Part shown: piece after piece, positions 26,299 through 39,800 of the stretch | Layout of the letters: each line of letters begins with the position of its first letter | Numbering within the stretch: position 1 is the stretch's first letter | Origin: Azolla caroliniana | Taxonomy: Eukaryota > Plantae > Polypodiophyta | Assembly (NCBI GenBank): GCA_043228905.1 | Contig: JBHGNT010000018.1 | Coordinates: 7,068,001 to 7,132,000 of the forward strand | Length of the DNA stretch: 64,000 nucleotides | Direction: 5' to 3' | Translations under genes and position numbers: made by a program | Notes under the pieces: model-generated | Databases searched by the model: none | Told to the model about the DNA's origin: nothing | Seen by the model: only the letters and a program-made list of their open reading frames with translations

Positions 26299-29200
26299 TG
26301 TCGTGATGTGGCATGTTTAATGCGAGAAAAAGTGAGACATTGAGGATACATGCACATTACACAAATACTTCTAAAAATGAAAATAAATCAATAATAAATA
26401 ATCCTAGGGCCTAATGGCATTGAGTGTGTATAGAGAGGTGCAAGTAAGATTTGAACCGTGCACCTCCAAGATAGGGGGCAATTAGCTTACCACTAAAGCT
26501 ACTACTAAGTGCTTTAGATTTTGTATATTTCCTTGTCATATTTAGTATTCCATAGGAAACAAATACACAAAACCATGTGCACAAAACCATGGTTTTAAGC
26601 CCATGGTTTTGTGCATGACATAAGCAAAATTGTGTGCACAAAACCATGGTTTTAGCCCATGGTTTTGTGCATGTCACAAGCATGGAGAGACCTATAAAAG
26701 CCTCTAGTTGGTCTTGTGTAAGGGGGGCTCAATGGAGGATATAATCACCATCACCATCACCATCATCATAAATATGAAATTCTTCTTTTAATTATACTTC
26801 TTATTGTTCATATTCTTTTTAGCTTTGATCAATATTATCATACTTCTTATTGTTCATCTTATAATCACATCGTCTTCCTCTCCATTACTTGAAAAATATC
26901 CTCGGTCCAAGGCCCCGACAATCCCGTTCAAGCGAAGCATGCGTAATCTTCTTCTTAATATTCGTCTTGAAATCTATCTTCTTCTTGACTCTAAAAATCT
27001 TTGTTCTTTTCAAATGTGGCATTGGTTTCCTGACTCGTACATATGCATTGTCATCTTAATCTCTCACATCCTCACCTCTTCTGTCTCCTCGGTTCGTGGC
27101 CCCGGTGGTCCCGCTCACACGAAGCATGACTTCGCGCAAATCTTCTCGACATCTATTTCCGATGTGAAGAGCGGCAAGGGATGTTGAAGATGGACGAGGA
27201 ATATCTCATGGAGGCAATGTCAAAGATGATAATGGAATTTTCAAGAGAAGGGAAAAGACGAGATGCGGCCCAACAAGGCATTGAATGTGTGGTTGAGCGA
27301 GTCGGAAGTTTCGACGGGGGCAAAGTCCACAATTTTCTAGAGGCCTAAAATGCCGAAGTAGATTCAAGAGGTGTGAATGAAGAAATGAGGTTGGAGTACT
27401 TTTGTCGAGTGTTGGCCGAACCAATCTATGAAGAGATGAAAGAGCTTCAAAAAGCTCACAATTCGTGGGTGTCCTTCAAAGAAGCTTTACGAGAGGCATA
27501 TGGTTATGAAGAGCCGAAGGGACGAGGTCTATACGAGTTTGACCAATGGGTGTCATTGAGGAAGACCCACTAGAGTGCTATGCATGCATTTGTTGAGTTT
27601 GAGTGTCGGTTCGCTCAACTCTCAGAGCGGGATCAAGGATTGGTGGGGGCGAATAAAGTCTTAATGTTCGTAAAGTCGATTGATTGGAAGGAAAGGAAGG
27701 CCATTGGAGTCCAACTTGAGGATGACGATGGTGCGAATGGCCTCACTGAAGATTGGGTTGAAGTGAAAAGGGTATGCCAACGACATGACAAGAGGAGGAT
27801 AGAAATCTTGGCAACAATGTCACGGCCGATGAGGGACGATCGAAGGAGGACAAGATGCAGCAACATGCCACCACCGAAGGAAGAAAGCTCGAAGAGGGAA
27901 GGTTCGACGATACTCAACATAGAAGTCTTTATGAGATAGGCATTCAAGAACTTAAAGGCACAAGTCGAGGCTGAAGAGATGCTTCAAAAGGGACAAAAAC
28001 TGAGGCGAACGATGGTTGAGGAAGAAGAGACCTCTCGACAAATGCAGATTAATGAAGTGGTGGATTCGAAGGCTCAAGTTCAGTATGATGGTACCACACT
28101 GGGAGAAAGTATGAAACAAGTCACCTTCTCATCTTGCAAAGAAACAACGGAGAAGGATGAAACCAATGAATCGAGGACGGCAAATGCAACTCCAAGGGAG
28201 GAAGAATGTTTCAAAACACGCATCATGTTCGAAACGTCGCGTGGTGAAGGGGCAAGACTAATTGAAGCTTGCATGATCAAGAAGGATAAAGAGTGCGAGT
28301 CCCACATGATTAAGGAGGTAGACACGAAAAACGACATCAAGGAGGTGGCTATGGACAACATGGAAAAGGTGATCAACCAAAGGCGTATGGAATCCTCCAC
28401 ACTTGTTCTAGAGACTTGGGCAGTTGCATCCGAGAATCAATGTGAGACCCAAGAGACGGAAGGTGGCGGCGGCGAAGGTTGGAGCTGATGCACATGATGG
28501 GAACATAGCCACAGACAATGACGCCGACCTGAAGATGGCAAGAGCGAGCAAGGACCATGGAGAGGATTCATCCACACTTGTTCCAAAGACTTCGGCAGTT
28601 GCATCTAAGAGCCAACATGAGACCGAAGAGATGGAAGGTGGCTCCGAGGAAGCAAAGGATGAAGCCGGTTTGTGTGATGAAGAGATCAAACGAAGCACAA
28701 CGACAAAAGTGGATGTGCACAACAAAGAGGCTAAAGAAAGTGTGACAATGGACAATGATGGCCAAGCAAGCCAAGAGGATTTGAAAGGTGTACCTCGGAA
28801 AGTGATCATGTCTTCTAGCATGAAGATCAAAGGTACGATGGTCAAGTCAAACGTGGGAGTTTACCACAATGAATGGAAGAAAGAGAGGCATGCAATATGG
28901 TCTCTTAGAGACCCCGAGATGAGCATGCGCTTGAAGGAACTACGACGGGTAGTCAGCATTGACATTTGAATGAGGTCTTGTGAAGGCAAGTAGGGGACGA
29001 GAAAGAATGAAGGATCGAAGTTTCTTGACCAAGGAGACAGACGGGATGAAGGTGGCACATACACAAATTGTGAAAGGTTATGCTCAAGAGGGGCGAAAGG
29101 GGGCCATGACAACCGGTCATAGCATTGTGAAGTGCGAGCGAACGATATGGTGGATCGGATGGTGACGATGGTTCGGCTGGAAGGAATGGACGAACTCAAA

Positions 29201-30181
29201 ATGGAGGGACAAAGACAGTGTGGGCAAGGCACAAGAAAGGAGCAAATCAAAGGTTGACAACCTTTGGCCCCACCACATCACTCTTTTCCTTCTTGGCACA
29301 TGCCGGAGGATGTGTGGTTTGGTGGGGGTGGATGTTGTGATGTGGTGTGTTTAATGCGAGAAAAAGTGAAAAATTGAGGATACATGCACATTACACAAAT
29401 ACTTCTAAAAATGAAAATAAATCAATAATAAATAATCCTAGGGCCTAATGGCATTGAGTGCGTATAGAGAGGTGCATGTAAGATTTAAACCTTGCACCTC
29501 CAAGATAGGATGCAATTAGCTTACCACTAAAGCTACTACTAAGTGCTTTAGATTTTGTATATTTCCTTGTCATATTCAGTATTCCATAGGAAACAAATAT
29601 GCAAAACCGTGTGCACAAAACCATGGTTTTAAGCCCATGGTTTTGTGCATGACATAAGCAAAACCGTGTGCACAAAACCATGGTTTTGTGCATGTCACAA
29701 GCATGGAGAGACCTATAAAAGCCTCTAGTTGGTCTTGTGTAAGGGGGGCTCAATGGAGGATATAATCACCATCACCATCACCATCATCATCATCATAAAT
29801 ATGAAATTCTTCTTATAATTATACTTCTTATTGTTCATCTTCTTTTTATCTTCGATCAATATTATCATACTTCTTATTGTTCTTCTTATAATCACATCAT
29901 CTTCTTCTTCATTACTTGACAAATATCCTCCTTGGTCCAAGGCCCCGGCGGTCCCGTTCAAGCGAAGCATGCGTAATCTTCTTCTTAATATTCTTCTTGA
30001 AATCTATCTTCTTCTTGAGTCTAAAAATATTTGTTCTTTTCAAATGTGACATTGGTTTCCTGACTTGTACATACGCATCGTTGTCTTAATCTCCCACTTC
30101 CTCACCTCTTTTGTCTCCTCGGTCCATGGCCCCGATGATCCCGCTCACACGAAGCACGACTACACGTGAATCTTCGCAACA
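26299..30181 (+). mobile_element. Non-autonomous gag-only LTR element H
   Basis: LTRs 26299-27151 and 29333-30181, PPT-like GGTGGGGGTGGA, 4-bp TSD ACGT; internal ORF homologous to that of element I but disrupted. Confidence 0.9.
27190..28969 (+). pseudogene. Gag-like ORF of element H
   Basis: MRLEYFCRV, NKVLMFVKSID and LEDDDGANGL segments match the 613-aa ORF of element I; stops and frameshifts present. Confidence 0.82.
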
Positions 30182-30699
30182 ACGTGCTACACCCCATAAC
30201 ATTTTTTGCAACACACTAAAACTCTTATATTTATGTTTATTTTTATTTTCGATAATTGGGTACACATTCCATTATTGTAACCAATTTGTTGTTAGAAGAC
30301 GTTAATATATATCTCTCTCTCTCAACGAGGAAAGTTTTGAAGAAACCTCCCTTGGTCATAGAAGCTTGCAATCAAGATAATATTATCCAAGCATTGGGAA
30401 GAGGTGTGACGTGATATTCCATGCCAAGCATCAATATTAGCCTCTCCATGGATGCATAAAAATATCTAACTATCTATTTATCTATAGATATATATCCTCA
30501 TGGTGTTCGTATCAATTGATTGGGGCCTGTTCGGATCACCAACATCCATTTCCCCACTTAATTGAGCCTTGCACATTGCATACTTGCAATATTCAACCAA
30601 CCTCCCCCCCCCCCCCTCCCTCCGCATTCAATGAGTCTCTAGGTAGTCCCATAGAGCATCTCAAATTGATTCTATTTCATTGGGGCACACTACACATTT

Positions 30700-31320
30700 A
30701 GGAGAGCAAAAGATCCTGCATTGCCATGCTCCAACCAACAGTGACCTATGTATTAATAGTCATGGAAACTTGGCAATTCGCCTAGCTTGTTGTTGTTTCC
30801 ATAATTGTTGCCAAAACTTGTCAATAATCATAGGGGGAATGTCATGATATGTGTGCCATATCTTTGTAGATGTTGTTTCTCTACCGATTTGAGAAGCTAG
30901 GATGTGGCGACCCAATCTGGTTATGAATTGGAATAAGGGGATGACTTTGCTTCCTTGTCCCGCATATGGATGACGCCATGTCCATTGCAAAGGGTCCCAA
31001 TTGCCATTATGTAGCCACGTGTTTTCATGAACACATGTGCCACTCTGGTTGTACTTTGACCGAGTCGGGATCTACAATTCACTTATTGTTTGTATATGTG
31101 AGCACTTGAATCGCCATGTTCACGATTGTTGGTTCCGCATAGACTTGTCACTCATGACCTTGGATCTATATGATGTTTCCCTACCTCTTAGAATCAAGGA
31201 TCCATCCTCCTCGTTGCCTATCCACTTCTCAATGGCCATCCGTGAAATAGCAGCTTCCCCAAGTAGTAGAGCGTTCACAATTTCTGATCTCATAGTTCAT
31301 CTGCCGTTGATTCCTAAGAG
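30700..31320 (-). mobile_element. Possible LINE ORF2 C-terminal relic
   Basis: Trp-rich FWQQLWKQQQARRIAKF segment reminiscent of the zf-RVT region; heavily decayed. Confidence 0.4.
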
Positions 31321-31329
31321 TATGTTTGA

Positions 31330-32010
31330 ATGATTTTCTGATCACTTAAATGATTTTCAAGGATGATTTGATCAATATTTGGGCATGAGTTTGAAACTTG
31401 ATGATGAAATACTTGTTCTTTGGTTGCTTAACACCCTTTAGACTTTGCGGAAAACTTTTACTGTGTCTTTGACTAATGTAGCTCCTATATTTTTGGTTGG
31501 AAAACAAACATCATTCTTCTTCTAAAAGGTAATATGTACTTGAGTTGGTTTAGATATTTATGGTCCGTTAAAGGTGATGCTAAGAGGTGGTGCACTATAT
31601 TGTTACATTTATTAATGATCATTCTAGAAAAACATTTGGGTTTGAACTTTGAAAGTTCAAGGATCAAGTTTTTGATGTGTTTAAATATTTTCATGTTTTT
31701 GTTGAAAGAGAGACAAAAAAGAAGTTGGAATGGATTCACATGTACAATGGTGACTAATATTGTGGACCCTTCAATGCATATTGTCAAGAGCATGGTTTCA
31801 TGCATTAAAGGACACCTCTCAAAACTCCACTATTGAATGGTTGGAAGAAAGAATGAATAGAACTCTTGTGGAGAGAGTTAAATGCATTCTTAAAATGCAA
31901 ACTTGCCCAAAGCCTTTAGAGGTGAGGATTTGAATATCATTACATATGCAATTAATCTATCTCCTACTATTGAACTTGCATGGTAATGTTTTTGATAGAG
32001 TTTGCAATGG
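31330..32010 (+). pseudogene. Highly decayed Copia (Tnt1-like) gag/integrase relic
   Basis: Fragments resembling SDHLNDF..KLDDE, YYVTFINDHSRK, KDQVFDVFK and ERMNRTLVERV. Confidence 0.65.
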
Positions 32011-32559
32011 ATGTTTGTGATTAGTTACGTATTACACCCTTAAAATATTGTTATACTTCAAAAAACAATGATCACGGATGGAGGCTCAACAAGGGACAAA
32101 ATGCTCATTTATATTATACTTGACTCAAAATATAATAAGAAAGTCCTAAGATTTGGGACAAAACCGGCACTATGAGTTGGAACAGGTTGGGGCAACACCA
32201 ATCCAATCAGAGAGACAGAAAGAGAGCTCCAATCACCAGTTTGGAAATATGCAAATGATCTTTCATTTCCATCTCTTTACATTCGGCCTGATATCGTAGT
32301 TGGGGCTAACCATTGGGACTAAGTGTTGGGCCTTAGTGTTGGGACTAGCCACTGGGACTTGCCTGTTGGAACTAGGACTAGGCTCTCTCGTGAGTCCCAA
32401 TCAATTGGATTGTTTGTTGGTTAGGATAAGCTGAGTGCACCACATACATGTGTTTGGTTGTAAATATTTTGTGGATGCACTTACATATGAAAGCTTTAAG
32501 TTAAGTTTAACAATGTGTGTTTATTAGGTTAAATTGGTCAAGAGGAGTTTGGTTATAAC

Positions 32560-33110
32560 TAAAAATGAGACTGTATGGATTGAAACTTGGTATGGGCCAA
32601 TTCGGTTTTGGTTTGGTTTGACTGCCTGGCCTTCAAACCAAACCAAACCATGTAAAACATAACAAAAATCAAAGTAAACCAGTTAAGAACAACCACATCA
32701 TTTAGAGCAAACCATTTAAACCAAACGGTTTAGACTAAGCCATTTGAATCAAATCGTTTCAGGAGAATGTGAACCATTTAAAACGAACAATTTTGAGAGA
32801 GGGTTGAAACCAAACTGAATCATTTGATCATAAATAAACCATTTGAGTTAAAACTATATTAAACAATTAAATAAAAAACATTAAAATAGAAAAGTATTTC
32901 AGTTAAATGAAGTAAATAATTAAAAAAGCCATTAAATTAATTCTATTAATTAAATCATTAAATTAGTCAAATTAACTAAACCGTTAGGGGGAACAACAAA
33001 TAAAAGTTAAACAAAAAACTAATAAACCATTAAAGCTAGCCACATAAATTGATAAATCAATAAATCCCAAATTTAAAACTAAATTGAATTGAAACTAAAC
33101 CGTTTAGTAA
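32560..33110. repeat. AT-rich region with dispersed AAACC(A/G)/GGTTT motifs (MITE or DNA-transposon subterminal-like)
   Basis: Many AAACCA/AAACCG copies in both orientations; no termini found. Confidence 0.35.
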
Positions 33111-33471
33111 TATTTAGTAAAGGTAGAAGAGTTCCGAGATTAGATGATTGAGAATTGATTCTATGTTGTACTTCATGGAGAGTTTCCACTTAGTTGGCCA
33201 TGCCTATGAAGTACATAGCCTCTCTATACAAAGAGGGATCTTCTACTTAGCCACGTCTTTCAACATTTGGTAATCTTCTGGTATCGATTTTTGACATTTC
33301 GTATCGAGACTACGTGCTCTCTAGGATAGTCTCAACTCTCCACGAACTCCCAAGTCTTCTCAATAAATCAGGGAATCAAGGAAAGTGAAAGTATACACAC
33401 GTATGGTTCGTGAATTTCTTCTAAAGCTTATACATAGTATTATATTATGTTCTCTATATCTCTATATAGAA

Positions 33472-33543
33472 ATCAGAGTGGCGCAGCGGAAGCGTGGTGG
33501 GCCCATAACCCACAGGTCCGAGGATCGAAACCTCGCTCTGATA
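33472..33543 (+). tRNA. tRNA-iMet: Cytosolic initiator tRNA-Met (CAT)
   Basis: ATCAGAGTGGCGCAGCGGAAGCG...CCCATAA...GATCGAAA...CTCTGATA; A1:U72 pair, initiator-type T loop, followed by TTTT. Confidence 0.97.
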
Positions 33544-36500
33544 CATTTTCTTCTTGGCATTGCCCAAATTTCAGAAAATCTCTCTTTTATCACCCATACA
33601 TGCACAAACATATGAGAGAGATCTAGCAATTCATCGTAATGCTACCACAAGGGATTCTATTATAATCTCTTGGATGTCTCGCGATTAATCCGAAGGTTTA
33701 TTCGTACATTGTCCGCTTTCTCTTTTATCTCCTAGTACATTCGTTTTTGGTGGTACTAGTTCTCTTGAGTTTATTTGTTTGTCTTGGTCACATTCTTTGG
33801 CACTATACACAACCATGCATATCTCAGACATTAGTAAACATACCATATGGATCTTTAGGTAAACTTGAAGTCGTATTATGTGATACCAAGTTTATAACAA
33901 CACACCTACATATGTCGTATTCACTTGGTACTCTTATGTATCATTGTAGGAGGTGTTTTTTAGAGCTTTTCTATCTCATTCCATGTCTTACCTACATGAT
34001 ACTTTCATCCCACCATTCATAAAGAACATCCTTGGATAAAATTGCAAAATATCCTCATGCACACAAATATTCGTATATTGGTAATGATGTAAATCATTAT
34101 ATGAATATCAACCCAAGAAAAACAATAGAAAAGAAACTAAAAATTCCTAAATTTTCATCAAAAAATAAATCCCTTGGGCAAACCCAAAAAATCATGTTAT
34201 TGACCTACCTATCTTTATGTGAACATTGCATGTCCTTTTTATGTAATATTTTCTTTTAATGTGTAGGATGTTATAAGAAGGGGAACATAGTGCGCAGTAT
34301 TGGTGGTTTTTTGCACTTTATGTGTTTCCTTATGTGATTTGCATTGCAATCAACAAGACATGAATTCAATATGACATCAATGAAGGTTACCATGGGAAAC
34401 ATGATTCCAACATGACAAGTCATGACTGAACCATTTTCGAGGGTGTTTGAACCTGGATATTTGTTCTAAATGACAATGTCAAGATTTCTCATCTATCTGT
34501 CCCACCACACTATATAAAACTTCCAGTAGAAAAGGTCAATGGGCTTCAGAATCAGTATCCATGATAAAATGAATGAAAGAACATGGCATGACTTCTAATG
34601 ATTTCCAGCTTACCATTCCTTGCATCTTTGTTCTACTCCATATATTGAACATATTTTTTATGACATGACACTATTTTGCGTCTTCACTATGTATCAGAAA
34701 AGTGTTTATTATTGCAAACAAAACAGTATAACTGTTTGTTCAACATTTATAAGACAGTTTCAAAGTGTTTGTAGCGATCCACTGAAGACATATAGCCATT
34801 ATAAAAAAGTAAAACTCCATTTGGACATTGACTAACAATACAATCAGAAGCTGCAGTCATTTTGACAATAAGATTAGGGTCACGTAAAAGATTGGACGCC
34901 TGATTAAATATTGATATAGTCATTCAAAAGAGATTCATATAGTGGCAAAGGTATGATGCGGATGAACAGACATACTGAAAAAACAAATATGCAAATTTAA
35001 CAGAATAAGATGGAGCTGAAAAAAGAGTTCTTTGAAATGCTTTGTGTTTTTAGTGGCAATAACATTTTGTAGATTAGTAAGGTTGCTTGATGGATCCTGC
35101 AAGGATCATAGATTGGAAGTGGAAGTAGGGCTGAGGAAAAATGATGGATTCTTCCAATCAACTACAAAATGACTTCAATCCCATTTACAATCTTTACAAT
35201 GCTAGAAATCTCACAATCAAGAGAGAATAATTTAATTGAAACAACAAACAATATATATTATGGAAGATATATTACAACTTTGCCTCACAAAACACCTTTT
35301 TAAAAAAGCTCAATCATAATTATCATCGAGCTAGTTTCAATCTTGGTGTCAATCCCCAAATACATGTTCATTATGATAATATGTCCAGGAGGATGTAAGT
35401 AGGGTTGACAAACTTGACTTATGTTTGCTTTTTCTTTGTACTTAGTGTGTCCATCAACCTACAAAAAAGGGGAGAAATCCAAATTAGAGTTATATTTTGT
35501 TGCCAAACTCAAATAACCTCCATAGTTTTACAGATAAGAGTCACTTGAGTAGTTATATTCTTTCAAAATAAATTGTACCCTACAAATCAAAGCAAAAAAC
35601 AGAACATCACTGTTCATTCATACAAATATCAAGATAATCTGAAAACAGTCTTAATACATAATTTCCACGTGATCCCTTCAGGTCTTAAAACATTCTCGTA
35701 AAAAATTACACAGTTTCATGAATTGACTATACTCCAACATTCTAATGAGACGAGAGAGACTGACAGTATCACTAATCACTTAGTAAATAGATGTGAGTGA
35801 TTTTCTCTTTTACTTGTGCTCAAAATTGTAAGTTTAATTAGCCATTTCTTTTAACAAATGTACTTCAAAAAATGATAAAATAGTAACAGTATTATTGAAA
35901 TGCATGAAAACCTAGATAAATGGCAGCAATCAAAATTTATTTTATTTGGTTCGATTTTTTTGGCTTCATGTTTATTTTGGATGGGGATAAAGAGAAAGGT
36001 AAGATGGAAAAGGGCATTCCAAGTGTATGAATCGGGTTTTCTCAACGACCAAAATTCAGCATGCGAACAAGGAAGAATATATTGTTCCTTCCATCAAATA
36101 TTATACTGTTCCTTCCATCAAACAAGAAATCGTTTGATGTGGTGCTGGTTATTAGGTTAAGAAAAAACACTTGTTTTTTACATGCCAAAGAAGCAGGAAC
36201 ATTTTACTAAAATATAAAATTGTTGATAGAAGTTTTTCTGTTGGATCAGAAGTGTATTTCTTGGAAATTTTGGGGCATACGGGAAAAATAATTGCTGCAT
36301 TAGGGTCATATTATTAGTTTTTAACCTAGACTCTATACCATTAATGAAAAACACTATTTTGGAACTATTGGAAGTTCTGGGCAACATGCTAACATCATTG
36401 TAGACTTGTGGGTTATGTTCACATTTGGAGGCTAGTCTAGTTGTACATTGATTTATACTTTGTAATGTGATGACTTCTTTTCATAGTTCTTAACGAGGTT

Positions 36501-36826
36501 GAACATTGGCAATGGGTCATCAAATAGAATTAAATCTACATTGCTCCCAACAAGATTTGACAATCTCCTGAAATAATTGCATCCCATAACTGTTAACCTG
36601 ATTCCTAGATAGATCCCAACCTTTCTCTTTTAGTATGAGTGGCATATGGCAAAGAAATATGGAGACCTGCAAAGCTTGAGAAAGAGAATGCATGCAGTTA
36701 TATAAATCAATGGGAAATTATCAACGAAGTAACTCTTCCATATACAAGGCTTCAATAGATTATGAACCTTTAGGTTCAAGCAATTACCCATTCATTAAGT
36801 TCGGTGCCAAACCCTTGTGCTGCATC

Positions 36827-39800
36827 TCATGCAAATTTAAAAGATGTGATCGCCTGCACACAAAATAAGTCATGATTCCCTTTGGAAGAAGAACTAATCA
36901 ACACTAGTTATAAGAGATATAAAAAATCAACTTGCCTTTTCTACAAGTGGGCCATATTTCGCATTATCATCATCCAGATACTAAACAATAGTGTACAATG
37001 TATCAAACGTTAGATGGATTGCAAAGATAAAGCCACCTTTTTGCTAAGGTGGTAATGCATGAAACTACTAGATTCACCCTTTTATGCTAATATAGTTAAA
37101 GATATCAACATACCTGTCCTGTCACAGTGTATAGACGATTGTACCACCCATTAAAACGCATACCAACAACAGACAACAAGTGTTTCTTCTTTTCTTGTGG
37201 CTGCTGGAATGTGTATTCTATGTAATAGAACCCTGCATGAATTGGTTCACACTCCTTTGTCAATCTTGCATTTTGCAGCTCTTAGTTCTTACTGTTATTT
37301 TCATAGATTTGAATGCCTCAAAATTGCATGAGTTTTGAAGGAATTCAAATTGAGTGCATTTTTCTTCTCAAGAAAAACAGAAAATACATCAAATTTTACC
37401 ATTACTAGACCTGCAGTTCACAAGCTTTGCAATTTGCCCTGGTGGTTTCTTCCAGCTGCGGTCAAGGCTATTCACCTTTACAAAAAATTTAATAAAAACA
37501 ATATCACACTCAATCAGCAAACAGATTGTAGATTCACTTTAAGAGAATCCGTTTACACTAATGGAAAAAACTGTCACCAGATTCTCGGCAAATGCATCAA
37601 CAGTCCCAAATGAGCTCAAGCTAGTATAGTCAGCACCCACACCAGTTATCAAAATATTCACTGCCACATAAACACTTACAGACGCCTGGTTTTAGAAAGG
37701 ATTTGTGGGCTACAAGCAATTAAAAACAATCTGATCTACCTCTCTCAAAAAAATGAGAATACCCTACTCATGGAATCTTGAAACTTCTCTCGACAATTTC
37801 TTCTTACTAGAAAGCATTATGGAAAACAATTGTCTGCTTGGCTGAGTTCATTTGCATGCATTGAAATGATAGGCTATTATGGGAATACTACAAATTTTAT
37901 GCCTTTAAGCAGAAATTTTATACATCTGTAACAAATTTTGTTCCCTTTAAACATATTTCCGCCTGAAAATACAAAGATTAATCCATTCCACAAGTGAATG
38001 ATTACTACAACTTTGTCCCAAATCCTGCAACATAGCACATGGTATGGGAAACATCACCTGACAAATCCAACGATGGCAGGTATTCCAAATCACACCAAAG
38101 TAATAAAGCAGGACCTTTATAATTAACAGTAATACAAACACAATAGTTCTTTTCTCATGGAATATACAGAATAAAAGTAGACCCAAGATTCATTCCTTCA
38201 AGATTGTCTGATGTGTCACATCAATTGGGTAAATGTGCATGTGCATTCCTGTTCAGCAACTGCTCTATATGCACAACATACATGCCCATGCTAAATAACA
38301 GTGGAAACCTACTAGTATGTACCACCAAAGCACAAAGAAATATGGTATTCCTAAATCGATTAATTTATGCACAAGAGAGTACCATTTGCAGAGAGATCGT
38401 CTGTAGGAAAGAATGCGGTAACATTCCGCTGGGCTGTTGCTTTGCCTGACCCTTTGACCCAATCTAAAAGATGCATAGAGCATATAAGCATTTGTGAGTT
38501 CAATATTCATAAATGAAATAACTCAATGTAAAAACACAACTCTAATCATTTCTCCAATAATAGCCTCTACTGTTGCTGTTATATCCTGGTTGTTTGAAAT
38601 TTCTGTTCACATTTGACTGCAACAATGGAATAGATCTAGAAACGACGATTACACTGCATGTCTCGATTTACAGCTATAATAAAGGAGAACTTAGATTTGT
38701 TTTCCCAAAGAGTTAGCACTCTACAGAAACGTTCTACGATTTGATAATTCTCACGATGACAATAAAGGTGGCCAAATTGTTCAGACTGGGCAGCATGAGC
38801 ATATATATTTAAGGATGCTTATCAATTCATAAAGTGGCAGTCAACGTGATCATCTGCAAATTTATAAGATGTTTGATAATAAAACGTCAAAGTCCCAGAA
38901 AATACAATGTAATGGAAACATCGGGAGTCATCATATAATGAAGCATGAGAGAAACTTAGCACAACGAACAGTTCTATAGCTATTCTCCTATTCCTGAGAC
39001 AAACTTTGGTGATTTTAGGATCCAAATGTCTGATGGCATTTGCATATATTTAAACAATAAAGATGATCATCTCTCAATAGCATATTATGGGTTCAAATTT
39101 GGATATTTGGCACTGCTATGCTATTAGCTTATATTGAAGAGGTAACGTGCCTAGGCCATATTGCAGCTCATCATTTGCCTATCCCACTGGTGAATGATGA
39201 CCTGTAAGTTGAAGGTTATTTTTAATTTAATACGCAAAATTCCAAAGAGACAAATCATCTCACCTGATGGAATAAGAAGAGAATACTTATCATCCTCATC
39301 GAGATATTGCATGTACTCATCTGGTTAAGAACAATAAATGAGAAGCCTAAAATTTTGAGAGACAATTGTTTAAATTTTGAAGGAACTGTGCTTGATAAAT
39401 ACAAAGTAAAGAGGTGTTACCTTGTTTTCCATCAGAAGCAAAGGAAGGAAATGCAGGGAGGATAATGAGTGAAAAGAGAAGATGGTTGGTGAGCTTCCGC
39501 CGGGTGATCTCTAGCTCATTTGAAATCCTTCATCAAATTAAAAAAATCTCTGGTCATGACTCCAATAAGAGCTTATAAAGGAAAGACCAAATTGAGCTGC
39601 AAGTCTTCACAAAATTCTACAAAGTCTATCATTTGTGTTTAAGAATTTGCACAAAGAAGATGAAGATGAACTCAATGCCTACACAACAAGGATGAAGATG
39701 AACTAGATACCTTAATAAAACAGGGATCCAATGTCTGTGTAAGAACTTACATGAGATTTTTAAAAGATCACGATGAACTGAAAACCTTTGTCAAAGAGAA

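Noticed and set aside
26565-26685. CRISPR-like palindromic repeats
   Set aside because: Eukaryotic LTR context, no unique spacers, no cas genes.
33120-33400. Minus-strand stretch that looks weakly protein-coding
   Set aside because: Several stops and no recognisable family; cannot be supported.
33385-33615. 76-aa ORF over the tRNA
   Set aside because: Overlaps an intact tRNA-iMet gene; incidental.
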